A stretch of DNA of 64,000 nucleotides. Origin: Curvularia clavata (Eukaryota). The stretch lies in contig CP089279.1 in assembly GCA_023920165.1 (NCBI GenBank), positions 992,001 through 1,056,000 on the forward strand, read 5' to 3'. Positions within the stretch are counted from its first letter, which is position 1. Each line of letters opens with the position of its first letter. The notes beneath the pieces are model-generated. The model saw only the letters and a list, made by a program, of their open reading frames with translations. It was not told the DNA's origin and searched no databases. Shown in pieces: positions 26,655 to 39,873 of the stretch. A program made the position numbers and the translations under genes.

Positions 26655-27041
26655 ATCTTCGGCCCCTGTCAACCAGGCTTTTGTTGTCTGCAGACAGACT
26701 GCATCGATCGACTTGTACATGTACTGAATGCGCAAAGCACGCAGTGGAGCGTGGGAGTTTCAAGTCTTCATGTCGGGATAGCAGTATGCAGAAACCAAAA
26801 ATTAAGGTGTGGATGTGATACAAGGCTCCGGCTACCATAGCGATCTTTTCCTGGCCTGGCTGGCGCGGCAGGAGCTATGGCCCACGACGTCTGCACATGC
26901 ATGCACGCATGCACAAGACCCGCGCCCCGCCCATCGTGGACCAAAGATACCTCAACACCATCCCAGCCTCTCCACCTTGCGTCATCACCGCCCATAGCAC
27001 TGCTTTGGACAACGAGCCTACCAGGCTCCGCCAGCGCAGCT

Positions 27042-29964
27042 ATGGTCCGATACAATCCCTTCTCCTTCACGCCTAAGCCTGTCATCTTCTTCACCACTGC
27101 CATTTATGTGGGTCTGTTTGCTGCGCTGCTTGTTACCCACCTGACGGTGCCGGACTATCCATCGCGTCCTCCTCAAGGCGTCAATCTCACAGAAGCGTGG
27201 GCAGATCTCCAGCATATCACCCGCTACTTCCACCCATACAACAGCCATGCCAATGATCACGTGCGCCAATACCTCATCTCACGCATCCAAGCCATCATCG
27301 CCGAGAAAGATGCAGAGCCTGGTAGCATTGAAGTGTTTGATGACTTGACCGCAAACGTTACCTTCTCATCTGGAACCACGTCTGTCTATTTCGAGGGAAC
27401 CAACGTCATCGTGGCCATCCGCGGCTCCGAAGATGACGAGCCCTTTAACTCTACTGAGCGCAGACCGGACAACGGCGGTGTTCTCGTGAATGCACACTAC
27501 GACTCTGTAAGCTCTGGTTATGGGGCAACTGACGACGGTGTGGGTGTCGTGACTGTTCTCCAGCTCTTTTCCTACTTTACCGAACCTCGCAACTGGCCCA
27601 AGCGGACGCTGATTCTCTTACTCAACAATGGCGAGGAAGACTACTTGAATGGAGCCAGGGCATTCATGCGACACCCGATATCTCAAGTTCCCCATACCTT
27701 TGTGAATCTGGAAGGTGCTGGTGCTGGTGGCAGAGCCACTCTCTTCCGAAGCACAGACACTGAAGTGACACGCTTTTATAAGAAGTCCAAATATCCTTTT
27801 GGAACAGTTGTAAGCGGAGACGGGTTCAAGAAGGGTCTCATTCGCAGTGAGACTGATTACCGAGTCTTCTATGGGGACCTTGGTCTTCGTGGACTCGACA
27901 TTGCTTTCATGGAGCCCCGAGCACGATACCACACTGTCGAGGACTCGACACGCGAAACATCGATCAACTCTGTCTGGCACATGCTATCAGCGGCTTTGGC
28001 CTCGACAGCTGGATTGGCCTCAGTCACTGGTACTCAATTCAGTGGCCCAGAGGCTGTCGACAATGGAAGAGTCAACGCAGGCACTGGCAGCGACGGTGTT
28101 TGGTTTGACCTCTTCGGCAAAGTATTCGTCGTATTTCAGCTTCACACTTTGTTTGCGCTGTGCGTCACCATGCTGGTGGTTGCGCCTCTTGTGCTCATTG
28201 GCCTTACAGTTGGGCTGTCCAGACTGGACAAAAACTATCTGCTCGCGCGCAAGGCATACGTTTACTCACCAGACGATGACCATCCTGTACGGCTCTACGG
28301 CTGGCGAGGCTTTTTCCGCTTTCCCATCATCTTCCTCGTTGCCAGTGCCATTGTGGTTGCCCTAGCATACCTCATAGTCCGGTTCAACGCCTTGATCATC
28401 TATAGCAGTCCATTTGCTGTCTGGAGGTGAGTTGTCTAGAACATCTGCAGGTACTAATGCTAACCGTTGCAACAGCATGATGCTCTCTGCTTGGTTCACC
28501 GTCGCGTGGTTCCTATCCCGTGGCGCAGACGCCATGCGACCCTCTGCTCTTCAGCGCATGTACGCCCTAATCTGGCTATTCGTTGGTTCTTTCATCCTTC
28601 TAACCGTGGTCACCGTCTTCGTCAACAATTACCAGCTTGCAGCTGGCTATCCCGTGCTCTTCTACTTTGCCGCTGTGTTCGCCGCCCTCCTCCTTTCGTA
28701 CCTGGAGCTTTTCTTTGCACCGACAAAGTCCGCATATGCGCGCCATGTCGACCAGGTCAACAGCTCACGCCAAAATTCGGAGACCGCCAGTCGTCCCCTT
28801 ACCGGCAGTACCAGTGCTGCACGTTCTGAGGATCGCGCAGTAGGAGACGACGACGCGACCGAAACGACGTCTCTGCTACGTGGTGATCGCCGCGGATTCG
28901 CAAGATACGGCAGCAGGCGAGACTCCACCAGCGAGGGAAGCGACGATCATGGACATGGCACCCGACGATTCGATCTCGGGAACGTCTATTCTGGGGAACA
29001 AGAGTGGAGCGGCAAATTACCGAGCTGGATCTGGACCATCCAACTCCTCCTCTTGGCACCCATCGTCATCATCTTGGTGGGGCAAGTCGCCCTTCTCCTG
29101 ACATCGGCTCTTTATCAAACACCGTCAGATGGTAACTCGACCTTGTTCATTTACCTCGCCGTTGCGTCTCTCAGTGTGCTGTTGCTGACGCCCATCGGCC
29201 CTTTCATTCATCGCTTCACCTATCATATCCCTACGTTTCTGTTCCTGGTCTGTGTTGGAACTGTCATTTACAATCTTGTGGCATTTCCTTTCAGCAGGGA
29301 TCACCGCCTAAAAGTATACTTCGTCCAGCGAGTCGACTGTGAGACGGGTGCTAACACCGTATCCCTGACTGGCGTGGATGGCTACGTACAACGCATTGTG
29401 GGCGGAATACCCAGTGCCCAAGGCACGCAATTCAAATGCATGACGCCTGACGTTGCAACACGTAAGGAGCTAAAGACGTGCGAGTGGCAGGGTCTACCGG
29501 CCAATGTTGTGCCAGACACCACGAAAACAGCATCCTTGGATCACAAACCCACAACCGACAAATGGCTCGATTACAAGATACAAAAGGGCAACACCTCCAG
29601 CACAGCGACAATTCGTGTTGTTGGTCAAAACACACGGGCATGTCGCATTCTGTTCGACTCTCCCGTTACCGACCTAGCCGTTGCTGGCGCCGTTTCAGAT
29701 CCTCGCTTCAAGCGAGTTGGTGCAGCGGGGTCCCGGGAAGTGCGACTGTGGCATCGTGAATTTGGTCAGCCCTGGAACGTTAGTGTGACATGGGACGCCA
29801 AAGAACAATCCAAGCTTTCTGGAAAGGTCGTGTGCCTATGGTCAGATGCCAATACTGGCGACATCCCTGCCTTTGATGAGGTACGGCATTATATGCCTAC
29901 GTGGGCGATACAGTCGAAGATTAGCGATGGGTTGGTCGAGGGCTTTAAGCGGTTCGAGATTTGA
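27042..29964 (+). CDS. PFF1: Vacuolar membrane M28 metallopeptidase
   Basis: VLVNAHYDSV..GATDDG, NNGEE, NLEGAGAGG, TDYRVF and RYHT..DS motifs, followed by multiple TM helices. Intron 28427-28475. Confidence 0.88.
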
Positions 29965-30972
29965 GCGGTCGTCATTCGGTGTTGCTGCGGTGATCCCTGT
30001 CGCCTGTCCCATTGCTTTTGTGACGACATCCTGTGTGTCCACGTCGTCGCGGGCCAGTTGTTTCGTTATGCGCATCTTTTGCGGGTTCATTCAGGTCACA
30101 TTTCTCAGATTAACTCCCCTGGTTTTGTTCTGTTCATCCAATGTTGCCTGATAATTTGGAGGCGTCTTCCATCTGTTCATCCATCGCGTGGTATTTTGGT
30201 CCTGTATAGACAGCAAATATAACGAATCTCACTTCCAAGGCCCAAACTTCGACAAGTCCCTAATCCCGGACCACTTCCCGCCGTTTCGCCAATCCAACCC
30301 ATTCTTTTTCAGCCCCTCACTCGCCGAACGGGGTTTGGCTGGTACTGGTATGACAACAGCCGTCGAGGCAGCCCGAGACTATGCAGAACGCTACCCGTTG
30401 CTGATCGCTCTCGGGTCGATACTCGTTATCCCTGGTGGCTTTCTTTTGCTTAGCGGCAGGACTACTTTACTGCCCAAAGAGCCATTCCTCTCAAAGTCAG
30501 CATCGTCGTCGACATTCGTCCCCGGCTCTACGGCCACGCCTCCTATTTGCACCGTGTACGATTCTTTCGTATTTGAGCCAGCAATATCCAAACCAGGCAG
30601 GTCTATGCCATCGCTCACATTCTGAACATCGGATCGCTAACCTCTAGTGCAGTCGACGAGCCGGTAACGGCTATAATCTACCGACTGATCGCCTCCACAC
30701 GCAACGCTCTTCGAACCATTGTATCCAGATCAGGAGGACGACACCATCCTGAAGTGCGCCACGGAACATCCAACATTGCTTTTGGCCTACCCCTCTCGAT
30801 AGTGATCATCGCGGCTCTCCCCAGCGCGTTTGTTTTCTTACTCCGGCATCTGCCGATTCCCTGGGCGACTAGACATCAAACGTTCATTGCAACTGTTTTG
30901 CACTCCCTTGCGATCTTTTTTTGCGCCAATCGCGGGTTTGAGGCTTACCATCTACTTTTGTTGGTTTTTGTC

Positions 30973-33176
30973 ATGGTTGCGTTTGACCTGTTTCAGCAGG
31001 CCGCGGGCCCTACGCCGATGGACGCTATTCCTACCGGCGAATCAGGTCATTCACCTCAACAAACATCGCCTCTTGAAACCCCAGATGCTGAAACCCGTTC
31101 AATACCCGCCAACACAAGTACCGCGGTTGCTGTGACCAGAGACCTCCTGCCTGCCTTGGCGCAAAAGTCAAATGTGTCCGACACGACCCTAATAACCTTC
31201 GATTCCAAAGACAGAGAGATTGTGCGATTACAACGCGCCCTCACTGAACTGAAGACTACTCACAAGGCCACCGAGGTGCAGCTTCGTGTTGCGAGAGAGG
31301 AAATCTTTAATGCGCGTGAAACACTCAATGGAACATTTGCCGAGTATGCCAATTTACGCGAGGAATTGAAGATCATCAAACAGAACCTAGGACGGGATCA
31401 CCAAGCCATTTTATATCGGAAAGACATTGAGCTCTTTGCACTCCGCAAGGGCAACGAGCAGAAGGACCAGCACATCAGGGAGCGCGACGCCAAGATAGAA
31501 GACATGGCCCGACAGCACAAGGCCGCGATAGAGGTCAAGGACGCCCAGTTAAGGCTAATGAAGGAGCGAATCATTTCTGTAGAGCGACAATCAAGTCCGA
31601 AGTCATCTGAAGATGGGGACGATGGCGACCATGCGCTCGAGGTCCGGCTGCTACGAGTTCGGAAAGGACGGAATTCGCCCATCGAGGAGGACAACAAGGA
31701 CCTTATCATCGCCAAACTCCAGGAACAGCTAGCTGCCATTCCAACAACTAATGAAGAGGTCGTCAACCATCGAGCAGAGCTATCGAGGGCATGGGATGTG
31801 GCAAAGAAAATCAAGAAGGCTCTGCTGGAGGAGCGAGAGAAACACTGCCAAACGCAAGAGAAACTCCAAGAAGCTACCGTCAAGCTTTCCGAAGCCGACT
31901 TGCGCTTGACAACTCAAGAAAATCATTCTTTCAGTCGCCTGCCAACAATAGAAGAGGATGATCACGATAAGAATGAGCTTGAAGCCATGTTCAACACTGC
32001 TCAAGAAGATAACGTCCGGCTGAGCGCAGAGGTCGCGACTCTTGAAAAGCGGTTGGCAGATGCCAATTCACGCATGTTTGCTGCTATACAAGAAACTGAA
32101 GCGTTACGAGAGGGATTGAGTCTGGAAAAGTCATCGGATCAAGATACAGAGACTGCGCGGCCGAGTCTAGTATATCAGGTACATCTCCAGCGCATGGAAG
32201 TCCAGTTGGTCGAACTTCGGCGCGCACTCAAAACCAAAGAAGAGGAGGCAAGGAAGCTCACGAAAACCATTGCGCATAAGGACAATCACATCAGCGAGAT
32301 CCAAGCGGAGCTAGACGCTGCCGCTAGCTTCCACACCCAGGATCAAGACGAAATTGAGCGCCTCAAGCAGTGCATCTCCGAGCTTCAAGCAACCAAGTAT
32401 CAGCTCATGCTCGATCGTGAGCGACTCGTGATGCACCGCCCCCGCCAGCGCATCATTTCATCGGAGCGTACAGATCGTACATCTGCTCGTTCTAGTGGTG
32501 CAACTCTCATTCAGGAACTAAGCGCCCCCTCAACCGCACTTTCAGACGATGAAAGTAGCCCTGCCCCAATAACTCCAGAAGTGGAGATACCTGAGCGGGA
32601 AGGAAGCATACAACAGACACCCAAGCGACACCTCCGGACAAAGAGTTTAGGAAAAGATCTCAATAACAGGTGGAGCTTGATGTCGCAGGACTTGCCACCC
32701 CCAGAGCTACGAGAAACGAAGGGCGTACGCACGAAGAGCATGAGTTTCAAAGATGTGCTACAGAAAATGGTTGGAAACAAGAGCCAGGATTCCCACGTTC
32801 GGCGCGCCCTCACATCAAGAGACGGCAATGTGCGCCCATCGACTTCTGCTTCGATCAAACCACCAAAACCAGTCACCCAACCGGCTTCGGCCAAAATGGT
32901 TACTTCACCCGTTCCACAAAACGTCCTGGCTACTACCCCTAAATCAAAAGCAAAGACCCTCGCCCAACAACAGCGCTACTATGCGGCACAGGATGCGACA
33001 ACGTCGGAGACGGACGACTCTATGCGTCCGCAATCCGTGGGAGCGGCCAGTGCGCAGAAGACAAAGAGCATATATAGTTGGGGTGCTACGTAAGTTTCAT
33101 CTCATCTTCCATTATTTGGCCCCTTTTAACTAACGACACGTGCAGAAGAAAGTTGAAGCGACGTTCGCTTATGTGA
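30973..33176 (+). CDS. Long coiled-coil hypothetical protein
   Basis: E/K/Q/L-rich heptad sequence within ORF 30754-33093; first ATG 30973. Terminal intron 33090-33145 (GTAAGT..CTAAC..CAG) adds RKLKRRSLM*. Confidence 0.75.
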
Positions 33177-35085
33177 TACCATGGCTGAATTTTGGCATTT
33201 TTCTCGTTTTGATCTTTACTTGCGATTGTGGTTTAATGGAGTTTTCAAGCGACATTGGGCGGTATGAATTTATGGGATCTCTTTCGCGCTGCTTGGACGA
33301 ATCATGTTTCTCCTTTTTGCTTTTGAGCCATGAGATATGTTTGTGTGGTTGGGGACGTAATGTTAGACTGGGATGGGAGTAAATGCGGCACGCATGTAGA
33401 TGCACGACTATTTTTTTTGCTTACTTTCTTGATCGGGTATTTATATTCAATTTTATCGTTTGGATATGCAGGATTCTGAGTTCGGTTGCCTTGTGGTGGT
33501 CTTTGCCATGTGTGCTTGGACTCATGCGGGTGAAGCATGGTCTCCTTTGACCAGCCCGTGCATCTTCACTACAACGTCATCACAGGGAAGCCCCTTTGTT
33601 TTCTTTTGTGCGTAGCGAAATGGGGACATACCGCATGAGCATTGCGTTATGGACCCCGTTGTCGCGGAGCATGGAGTGTGGAGAGATACGAGCTCAGCCC
33701 TGCATAACAACTATCACAGTACAGCACTAGCCATCATCATGCTTATTTCATGAAACCCCCTTTTTGAGTCGTAGAGCCTGATCTTTGCCTCCACCAGTCC
33801 ACGTTGCTCATGCGAGATTTCTCATGCGTGTGCCGGTTAGCTGAGCCATTACAAAACGCATCTCTCTAAGTTTTGCATGAATCTTGTTGCACAAGATGAG
33901 CCACATTCTCAACATGAGGTAGGAATGGCGGATTCGTTCGCAACATGAGTTGTTGATTAGGCAAGAGTATTAGCATATTTGTTTGCGCTCTTGTATAGTA
34001 AACAGCCTAGGAATATTCCCAACTAGAAGAAATTGTGTTGGCTGCGCGTGGAGTGACCATGGTTAGGGTTTCGAGATTCAGTGAACGAAAACAAGCACTA
34101 TCCGTGGAACATTGAGATATTGAGAGCTCGTGGTTTGTCAAAGAGCTTCGAAATTTAGGGTGCTCTTGCGGTATTCACAGCCAGTATCAAGCTGAGATTC
34201 CACTGCGCTGTTGACGTGGCTTTTGAGACTAAACAGGTCATGTTGTTGAGATCTTCAACCTTGTTACTAGAATTGTAGACTATTGTAACGTTAATCCAAA
34301 ACAGATACCATACCTTATAATTCGGGAAATATTCATCGGCTGCTCACCGGACCGGTGGTATGAGATAAGATCGATAGGCCAAGTATGGCGGACCTTGGCA
34401 GGTTTTCACGTTTTCATAAGATTGGTCCAGCGCATTCTGATGAAGCAATGACGTTATCTGAAACGGTCTGACATGTGAAGGAAAGCCTGGAGCCCAGCCC
34501 ATCTCCACCGTTAGTATATCTTCGAGATCCCACTGAGACTGCATTGAGACAGCAAAACTGCGCCTTCCATCTGTCCGGACCAGTAAGCGCGATCCCCCAG
34601 CATTAAAGGAGTCATTGTTGACCCGCACCGGCCAAGACACAGAATATTCTTGTCGCGAAAAGACTACTAGCCGATGTTCAAGCCCAGGCTATGACGAGCC
34701 TCAACATGGGCCCTGAAAATCTCAGCCGCGCTAGCGGCTAAGAGTGGGTCGGCACGCGTTATCGTCACTCCACTTAGCGCGTGAGGTGAGGGTGGCGCAT
34801 CGTCTGAAGGTCGTCCGACGCCGATTCTCGAAACAGCCGGGACAAGTCGGGAAGGGGATTTTTGCCTGGCGAATTTTGCTCGCCAAGGTCATGATTTCAT
34901 GGTGCTAGCAATGTGATGTAGGGACTTGGCCACGGAAGGGCTTTTTATATAAGACGAAGAAGCATGCCACCAGAAATTCAAGTCGTCACCCCATCACAGT
35001 ATACCTCGAATATCAATCAGATACGCTTTACCTAATACGCACCAAATTACCTCACCAAATTCCCATCTACAGTAAAGCCCTCGAA

Positions 35086-35348
35086 ATGCCTTCCTTCACA
35101 GGTATGTAGCATTCTCTTCCTTGCTACACCCGCTCTCCATACTAATTCAATAACCAGAATCCGTTTCTTCTACCCCGGCCGCTGCATCCGGCGTTCCTAC
35201 TCCTTCTTCAACCACGCCTCCTACTTCCACCCGCGACACTCTCCACGCTGCTTCGGCCGCACTAGGCCTGACCTCGCAAGGACTGGATCTCTGCCCTCAC
35301 TGCTTCCGCGAGATGTCTCACTGCGAAGAGAGGTTCGCGTTTGCTTGA
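35086..35348 (+). CDS. Small spliced protein (68 aa), Ser/Thr/Pro-rich with C-terminal CPHC..SHC
   Basis: TATATAA at 34946 and a CA-rich leader. Exons 35086-35101 and 35158-35348 flank a canonical GTATGT..CTAAT..CAG intron and read MPSFTESVSSTPAAASGVPTPSSTTPPTSTRDTLHAASAALGLTSQGLDLCPHCFREMSHCEERFAFA*. Confidence 0.65.
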
Positions 35349-36036
35349 TTTCTTCAAGCATTAAAACGGCACGCTGGACGTCAACACTATGTTCAGCATT
35401 GTATACCTAAGAGTACCCTTCTCCATCGCAACGGCGCATGATTGAAGGGTCTACGACTTTCTGTTGGGGGTTTATTTGTTCTTTTTTTTTTGGAATGGCA
35501 GTAAATGTTGTAAAAGTTGCATGAGTGGCGTTTACGGATTAGTACATTATCAATCTGGCATGGCATACCCCACTTTAAGAGCTGGAATTGGCGTTGGGAC
35601 AATCTAGCTATCGCCTCGCACCTCAATCGAATTCATTATCTTTCGAGTTATCTTTATCTCTATGTCAGCGTTATTTCGCACGAACTACTCAGTACCCTTT
35701 AGGCAAAACGAAGAATCGGTAACATAATCGCTGCGGAAAATCACTCAGTGGAAGTGGCGAAGCGATTTAATATTACGTCACGAATATCTTCGCAACTCCA
35801 ACCATCTCGACGCCCATCTCTTCAGAAATCACGCAGGGCTAACAGTCTTATCATCATCTTCGTTCAGTGCGTTATTAATCGCTTTCTTGCCTCCACGAGA
35901 GTCGGTGTGGAGTATCCGCAACGGGGAACCCGCCGATCACCGGATGCATTTGCCGGTGTGCGTTAGCTTCCTTCTTTAACAACTCAAGACTTTTCTCAAC
36001 AACAGACGTCTCTACACCTGTCAGGCAAACTTCAAC

Positions 36037-37653
36037 ATGACCGTCACACAGGACCCGAGTAGCACCTCGCTCGCAGGAGAAACGACACCTCTCCTGCAGC
36101 GCGAGGAGACTAAAGAAAGAGATGACAAGAAACATAATGCCTCGGTATTATTCCGCGCTCTACTTTGCGCATTCCTCGTCTCGTTGACTTTTGGTATTAC
36201 ACAAGTCCCCATCCTCTACGCATTCCGCATGATGACTTGCGATGCATACTACGAGCATCATGTTCCGGATCCCGATGCTACCGATATATGCGCTAGACGC
36301 GAGATTGAAGCGGGCACAGCTCGATCTTTCGCTCTACTCGCTTCTTCAACTACGATCTTCGGCCTTGTAAATCTACTTGTTGCAGGATGGACCATCAAGA
36401 AGCTGGGTGTAAAGTCGGCGCTTATCATTCAGATCTTCTGGCCTGCTGTGCGGTTGCTCATCCAGAACATTGGTATCATGCATGGCGGCAACGTTGGCAT
36501 CATGGTTGTGCAGTCCTCGCAGATCATCACAGTTGTTGGTGGGCCCAATGGCTATGTGCTCTGTCTTAATTCCTTGGTTGCCGACGTTGCTGGGCACGAA
36601 GCGCGGACGGGTTCGCTGGGCCGTCTCCAGGGCTGCATGTACTTTGGGAGCGCCATTGGCTTCCTTATTGGTGGCATTGTAGGCGATTACTTTGGTATTC
36701 TGGCTCCGTTCCGCATGACATTGGCAATGTTTCTGCTTTGCTGTGTATACGTTGCGGTATCCTTGCCGGCTATGGACCCGCCTAAAGAGTCAAAAGATGC
36801 AACACCCCGTCAAATCGCGGGCATTGCACGGTTCTTCGGTCCTCTTCGAATTTTCGCCCCGCAGAAATGGGAGCTCCCTAATGGCGAGACTCGTATCCAG
36901 ACTGGAGCGTTGACTCTGGGTACTGGTGTCTTTCTCGGTATTCTCGCAACGGGATACATTCCCGTACTGCTTCAAATGTACGCGACTGCTGAGTTCAGCT
37001 TTGGTACCAAGGAGAACGGAGCACTGATCTTCTTGTACTCATCGTTGAGGGGTGGCTTTCTCTCACTAGTCTTCCCTCGCATTATCGCTGCAGGTCGGAA
37101 ATGGCTTGGTGATGTTGCCAACAAAGAGACTCCAGAAGCAGACGAAAGGGGAACGTCTGTCCAAGTTCAAAATACACCACCAACATCTGCTACTACCGAA
37201 ATGGTAGATCCCATGGAGAATGAGGAGCCACCAAACCCCGAGCCAGTCGACAAGCGAGAGACTTTCACATTTGACCTATTCTATGCGCGCTTCAGTCTCA
37301 TCCTCGATGGAATACTAACGGGCCTTGCTGTCTTTGTGTCCGAAGGATGGCAGATGTATATCGTGGCTGTGCTACTACCCTTTGCCGCAGGCACAGGCGC
37401 TGCATCAAAGGGAACCATTCTGCAGATGCTCCCGGAGAGTGATCGAGTCGACGCTTTGAGCGGTATCACACTGGTAGAGAATATCGCGCGACTGTCAACA
37501 ACAGCGGTCTTTGGCCTGGCTTTCGCTGCACTCGCGGAAGTCGGCAAGAGTTATCTTACGTTCATTTGCAATGGCGCTGTGGCGCTGCTTGGCTTTGTTG
37601 TACTGCTTTTCTCACGCTTTCCGCCGAAGGGCAGCCGTCGTCTAGATTGTTGA
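36037..37653 (+). CDS. MFS transporter
   Basis: 538-aa intronless ORF with ETTPLL dileucine-type N-terminal motif, about 12 hydrophobic helices, IKKLGVK and RTGSLGRLQG. Confidence 0.85.
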   Translation: MTVTQDPSSTSLAGETTPLLQREETKERDDKKHNASVLFRALLCAFLVSLTFGITQVPILYAFRMMTCDAYYEHHVPDPDATDICARREIEAGTARSFALLASSTTIFGLVNLLVAGWTIKKLGVKSALIIQIFWPAVRLLIQNIGIMHGGNVGIMVVQSSQIITVVGGPNGYVLCLNSLVADVAGHEARTGSLGRLQGCMYFGSAIGFLIGGIVGDYFGILAPFRMTLAMFLLCCVYVAVSLPAMDPPKESKDATPRQIAGIARFFGPLRIFAPQKWELPNGETRIQTGALTLGTGVFLGILATGYIPVLLQMYATAEFSFGTKENGALIFLYSSLRGGFLSLVFPRIIAAGRKWLGDVANKETPEADERGTSVQVQNTPPTSATTEMVDPMENEEPPNPEPVDKRETFTFDLFYARFSLILDGILTGLAVFVSEGWQMYIVAVLLPFAAGTGAASKGTILQMLPESDRVDALSGITLVENIARLSTTAVFGLAFAALAEVGKSYLTFICNGAVALLGFVVLLFSRFPPKGSRRLDC

Positions 37654-38037
37654 GATACCCGTGTTCGCGCATCGTGGGCATATAGGCTGTTGTATACGCC
37701 GCATAAACTACTCGATTTTATGAAATAAATGTTATTATCATCACGAGTTACAGGCGTGCCGTGAAGTTCGGGGTGACCGCTTTAGGCGTCCATTTATTTA
37801 TCCAACACTAGTACTACCTGGGAGCCTTGCCGTGTTTTCCACTGAATTTAGCCTCACACGAATCGTGGCCCTTATACGGCTGCCTATTTAGTGACTAGAC
37901 ACATGCCCAGACATTTTAAGGGTCCTGTTGTATTATGACTTCAAGTCCCAACTTTCGTTCTGAGCAGGACGTCTGGTGTGCTGGGGCTTGTTAAAACCAC
38001 AACAGCAGCAGCGGCATACCCAGCGCCTTACACAGAC

Positions 38038-38831
38038 ATGGCCAAATCCATTATCGCACTTCTTCTGGCTGGCGCCGCTGCAGCAGATTACAATGTCACT
38101 TACCTGGATGTTCTCTGGAACCCAGCTCCAACCCTCACGCTTGTTGAGAGCAATAGTATAGCGACAACCTATGAGCTACAATGTCCTACTACAACGACTC
38201 CTAAACCAACACCCACGACTCATGCGGATTGGGTTTACCTTGACTGTACGTATCTCAATCTGAAAACAACTTCTTGTCTCGCGCTTCTGACACCTAGAAA
38301 ACAGCACCAGAGGAAAGCGCATCATACTTTTCAAGTCTCTACTCTCGCCTTAGAACTGAGTTCCCAGCTGTGACTCCACAAAGCATTGACGGCAGCTGCG
38401 TCCCATTTACCCTGTTCCAAGGCCCCGAGACATATGGCTTTCGCCTCACGGATGCACAGCCAGGCCTATTTACGATGAACGGAGATTGCAGCTGGAAAGG
38501 TGAATTTACCAAAGTACCAATCACTTGCGATGCCGAGGTGAAGGGTTCGTTGTGGCAGAAGGAGTTTTCGAGCGGTAATCCTCAGACGTTTGAGCAGAGT
38601 GAATTAAGCATAGGCACATCGGTGGGGTTTGCGGTTGCGACGGTCGTGGAGAGGGCCGGGACGACTGGTCTGGCGAGTGTGACGAGTGCGAGAGGAGAGA
38701 CTCCCGCACGGGAGACCGGAGCGGCGAGTACGGGCAGTCAGGGAGTGGCTGGTCATGCGCCAGTTCCGACGGGTATCATGGTGATGGCGGGAGGGGCATT
38801 TGCGGTTGGAGCAGCGGCTTGGGTGCTCTGA
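38038..38831 (+). CDS. Secreted, probably GPI-anchored cell-wall protein
   Basis: Signal peptide MAKSIIALLLAGAAAA, TTYELQC, Thr/Ser-rich stalk and hydrophobic C-terminus (IMVMAGGAFAVGAAAWVL). Intron 38246-38304. Confidence 0.75.
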
Positions 38832-39873
38832 AGATACAGGAATAGGCAGATCATGTGCGACATGGTACATAATAGGATACAGTTTAACGAACTACAAGAA
38901 GATCATTCGGGGAACCAACTAGTCATTGCAGTAGCAAGAGGCTGAGAGTCATTCCGAGCGATAAAGGGTAGCGTTGATATGCTCAAAGGGAAATTTTGCT
39001 TGCCATGTCACCTGATCACAAACCTTCCTATGACGTCTAAATCGGGACGTGATGCGTACATTCATCGGTGCTAAATTGCCATAGGCATAAGGTATTCCCG
39101 CAATTCGAGAAGTCCGCGCTAGAAGTTCTAGAAGAAATACGCTCACATCACATTGATCACTAGCATTTCTAGAACCTAGTCTGCTTCTTCTCCCCAATGG
39201 GTCTTGATGATGCATGAGTCAGGTTATTACCGACCATGTTCGACGACAGTAGTTCAGGACAATTGTATCTCCGAGTGTGTTACCAGAGTAGGCAGTTTTT
39301 TCACTACAAGTGCGGGTATATCTACATGAAGTCAGCCTTTCTCGCCCCCGTGAACCCTGACTTATCGTGCGGTGCTCCGTTTGAACCTTAGCTGAAATAT
39401 AAACTCTAGGTGGCTACTCACAACACACATTTCGGGCACGGACGTTGCTTACTGTGCCTTGCTAGACCGAACTCAAGACTCAGTCGTCCCAAATCACTCT
39501 CAAAATCGTAGGTTATTATTGGAACCATATAAGCCAAAATAGCAGGTCAGCTATTACACCGACGAGATTGGACTATGTTAACAAAATGCCTGGATGTAGT
39601 CGGTGTAGCCTCTCTTGGCCAAAAAGCGTAAATAAGGTATCACAGGCTTGCCAGGATAGGCGGTATACGAAAGTTTGAAGCTGTTGCCGCGTAGTAATGC
39701 TGGGCAGCCCTCAGGTCGCCGAGAGCTAGTTAGTTCGGCGACTCTGCGGACAACGCAGAACCCGGTTAGCGCAGGGCCTCGAGTGGTTTCTTCAGGGTCT
39801 TTCGGCGTCTTAACTCGTGCTGTCCTCTCAGTCGCATTCAATCCACTTCACTCTCCCTTCCACAGGCGACCCT

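Noticed and set aside
30188..30647. Overlapping ORFs on both strands between the peptidase and coiled-coil genes
   Set aside because: I could not build a consistent spliced model or recognise a motif; a small or decayed gene is not excluded
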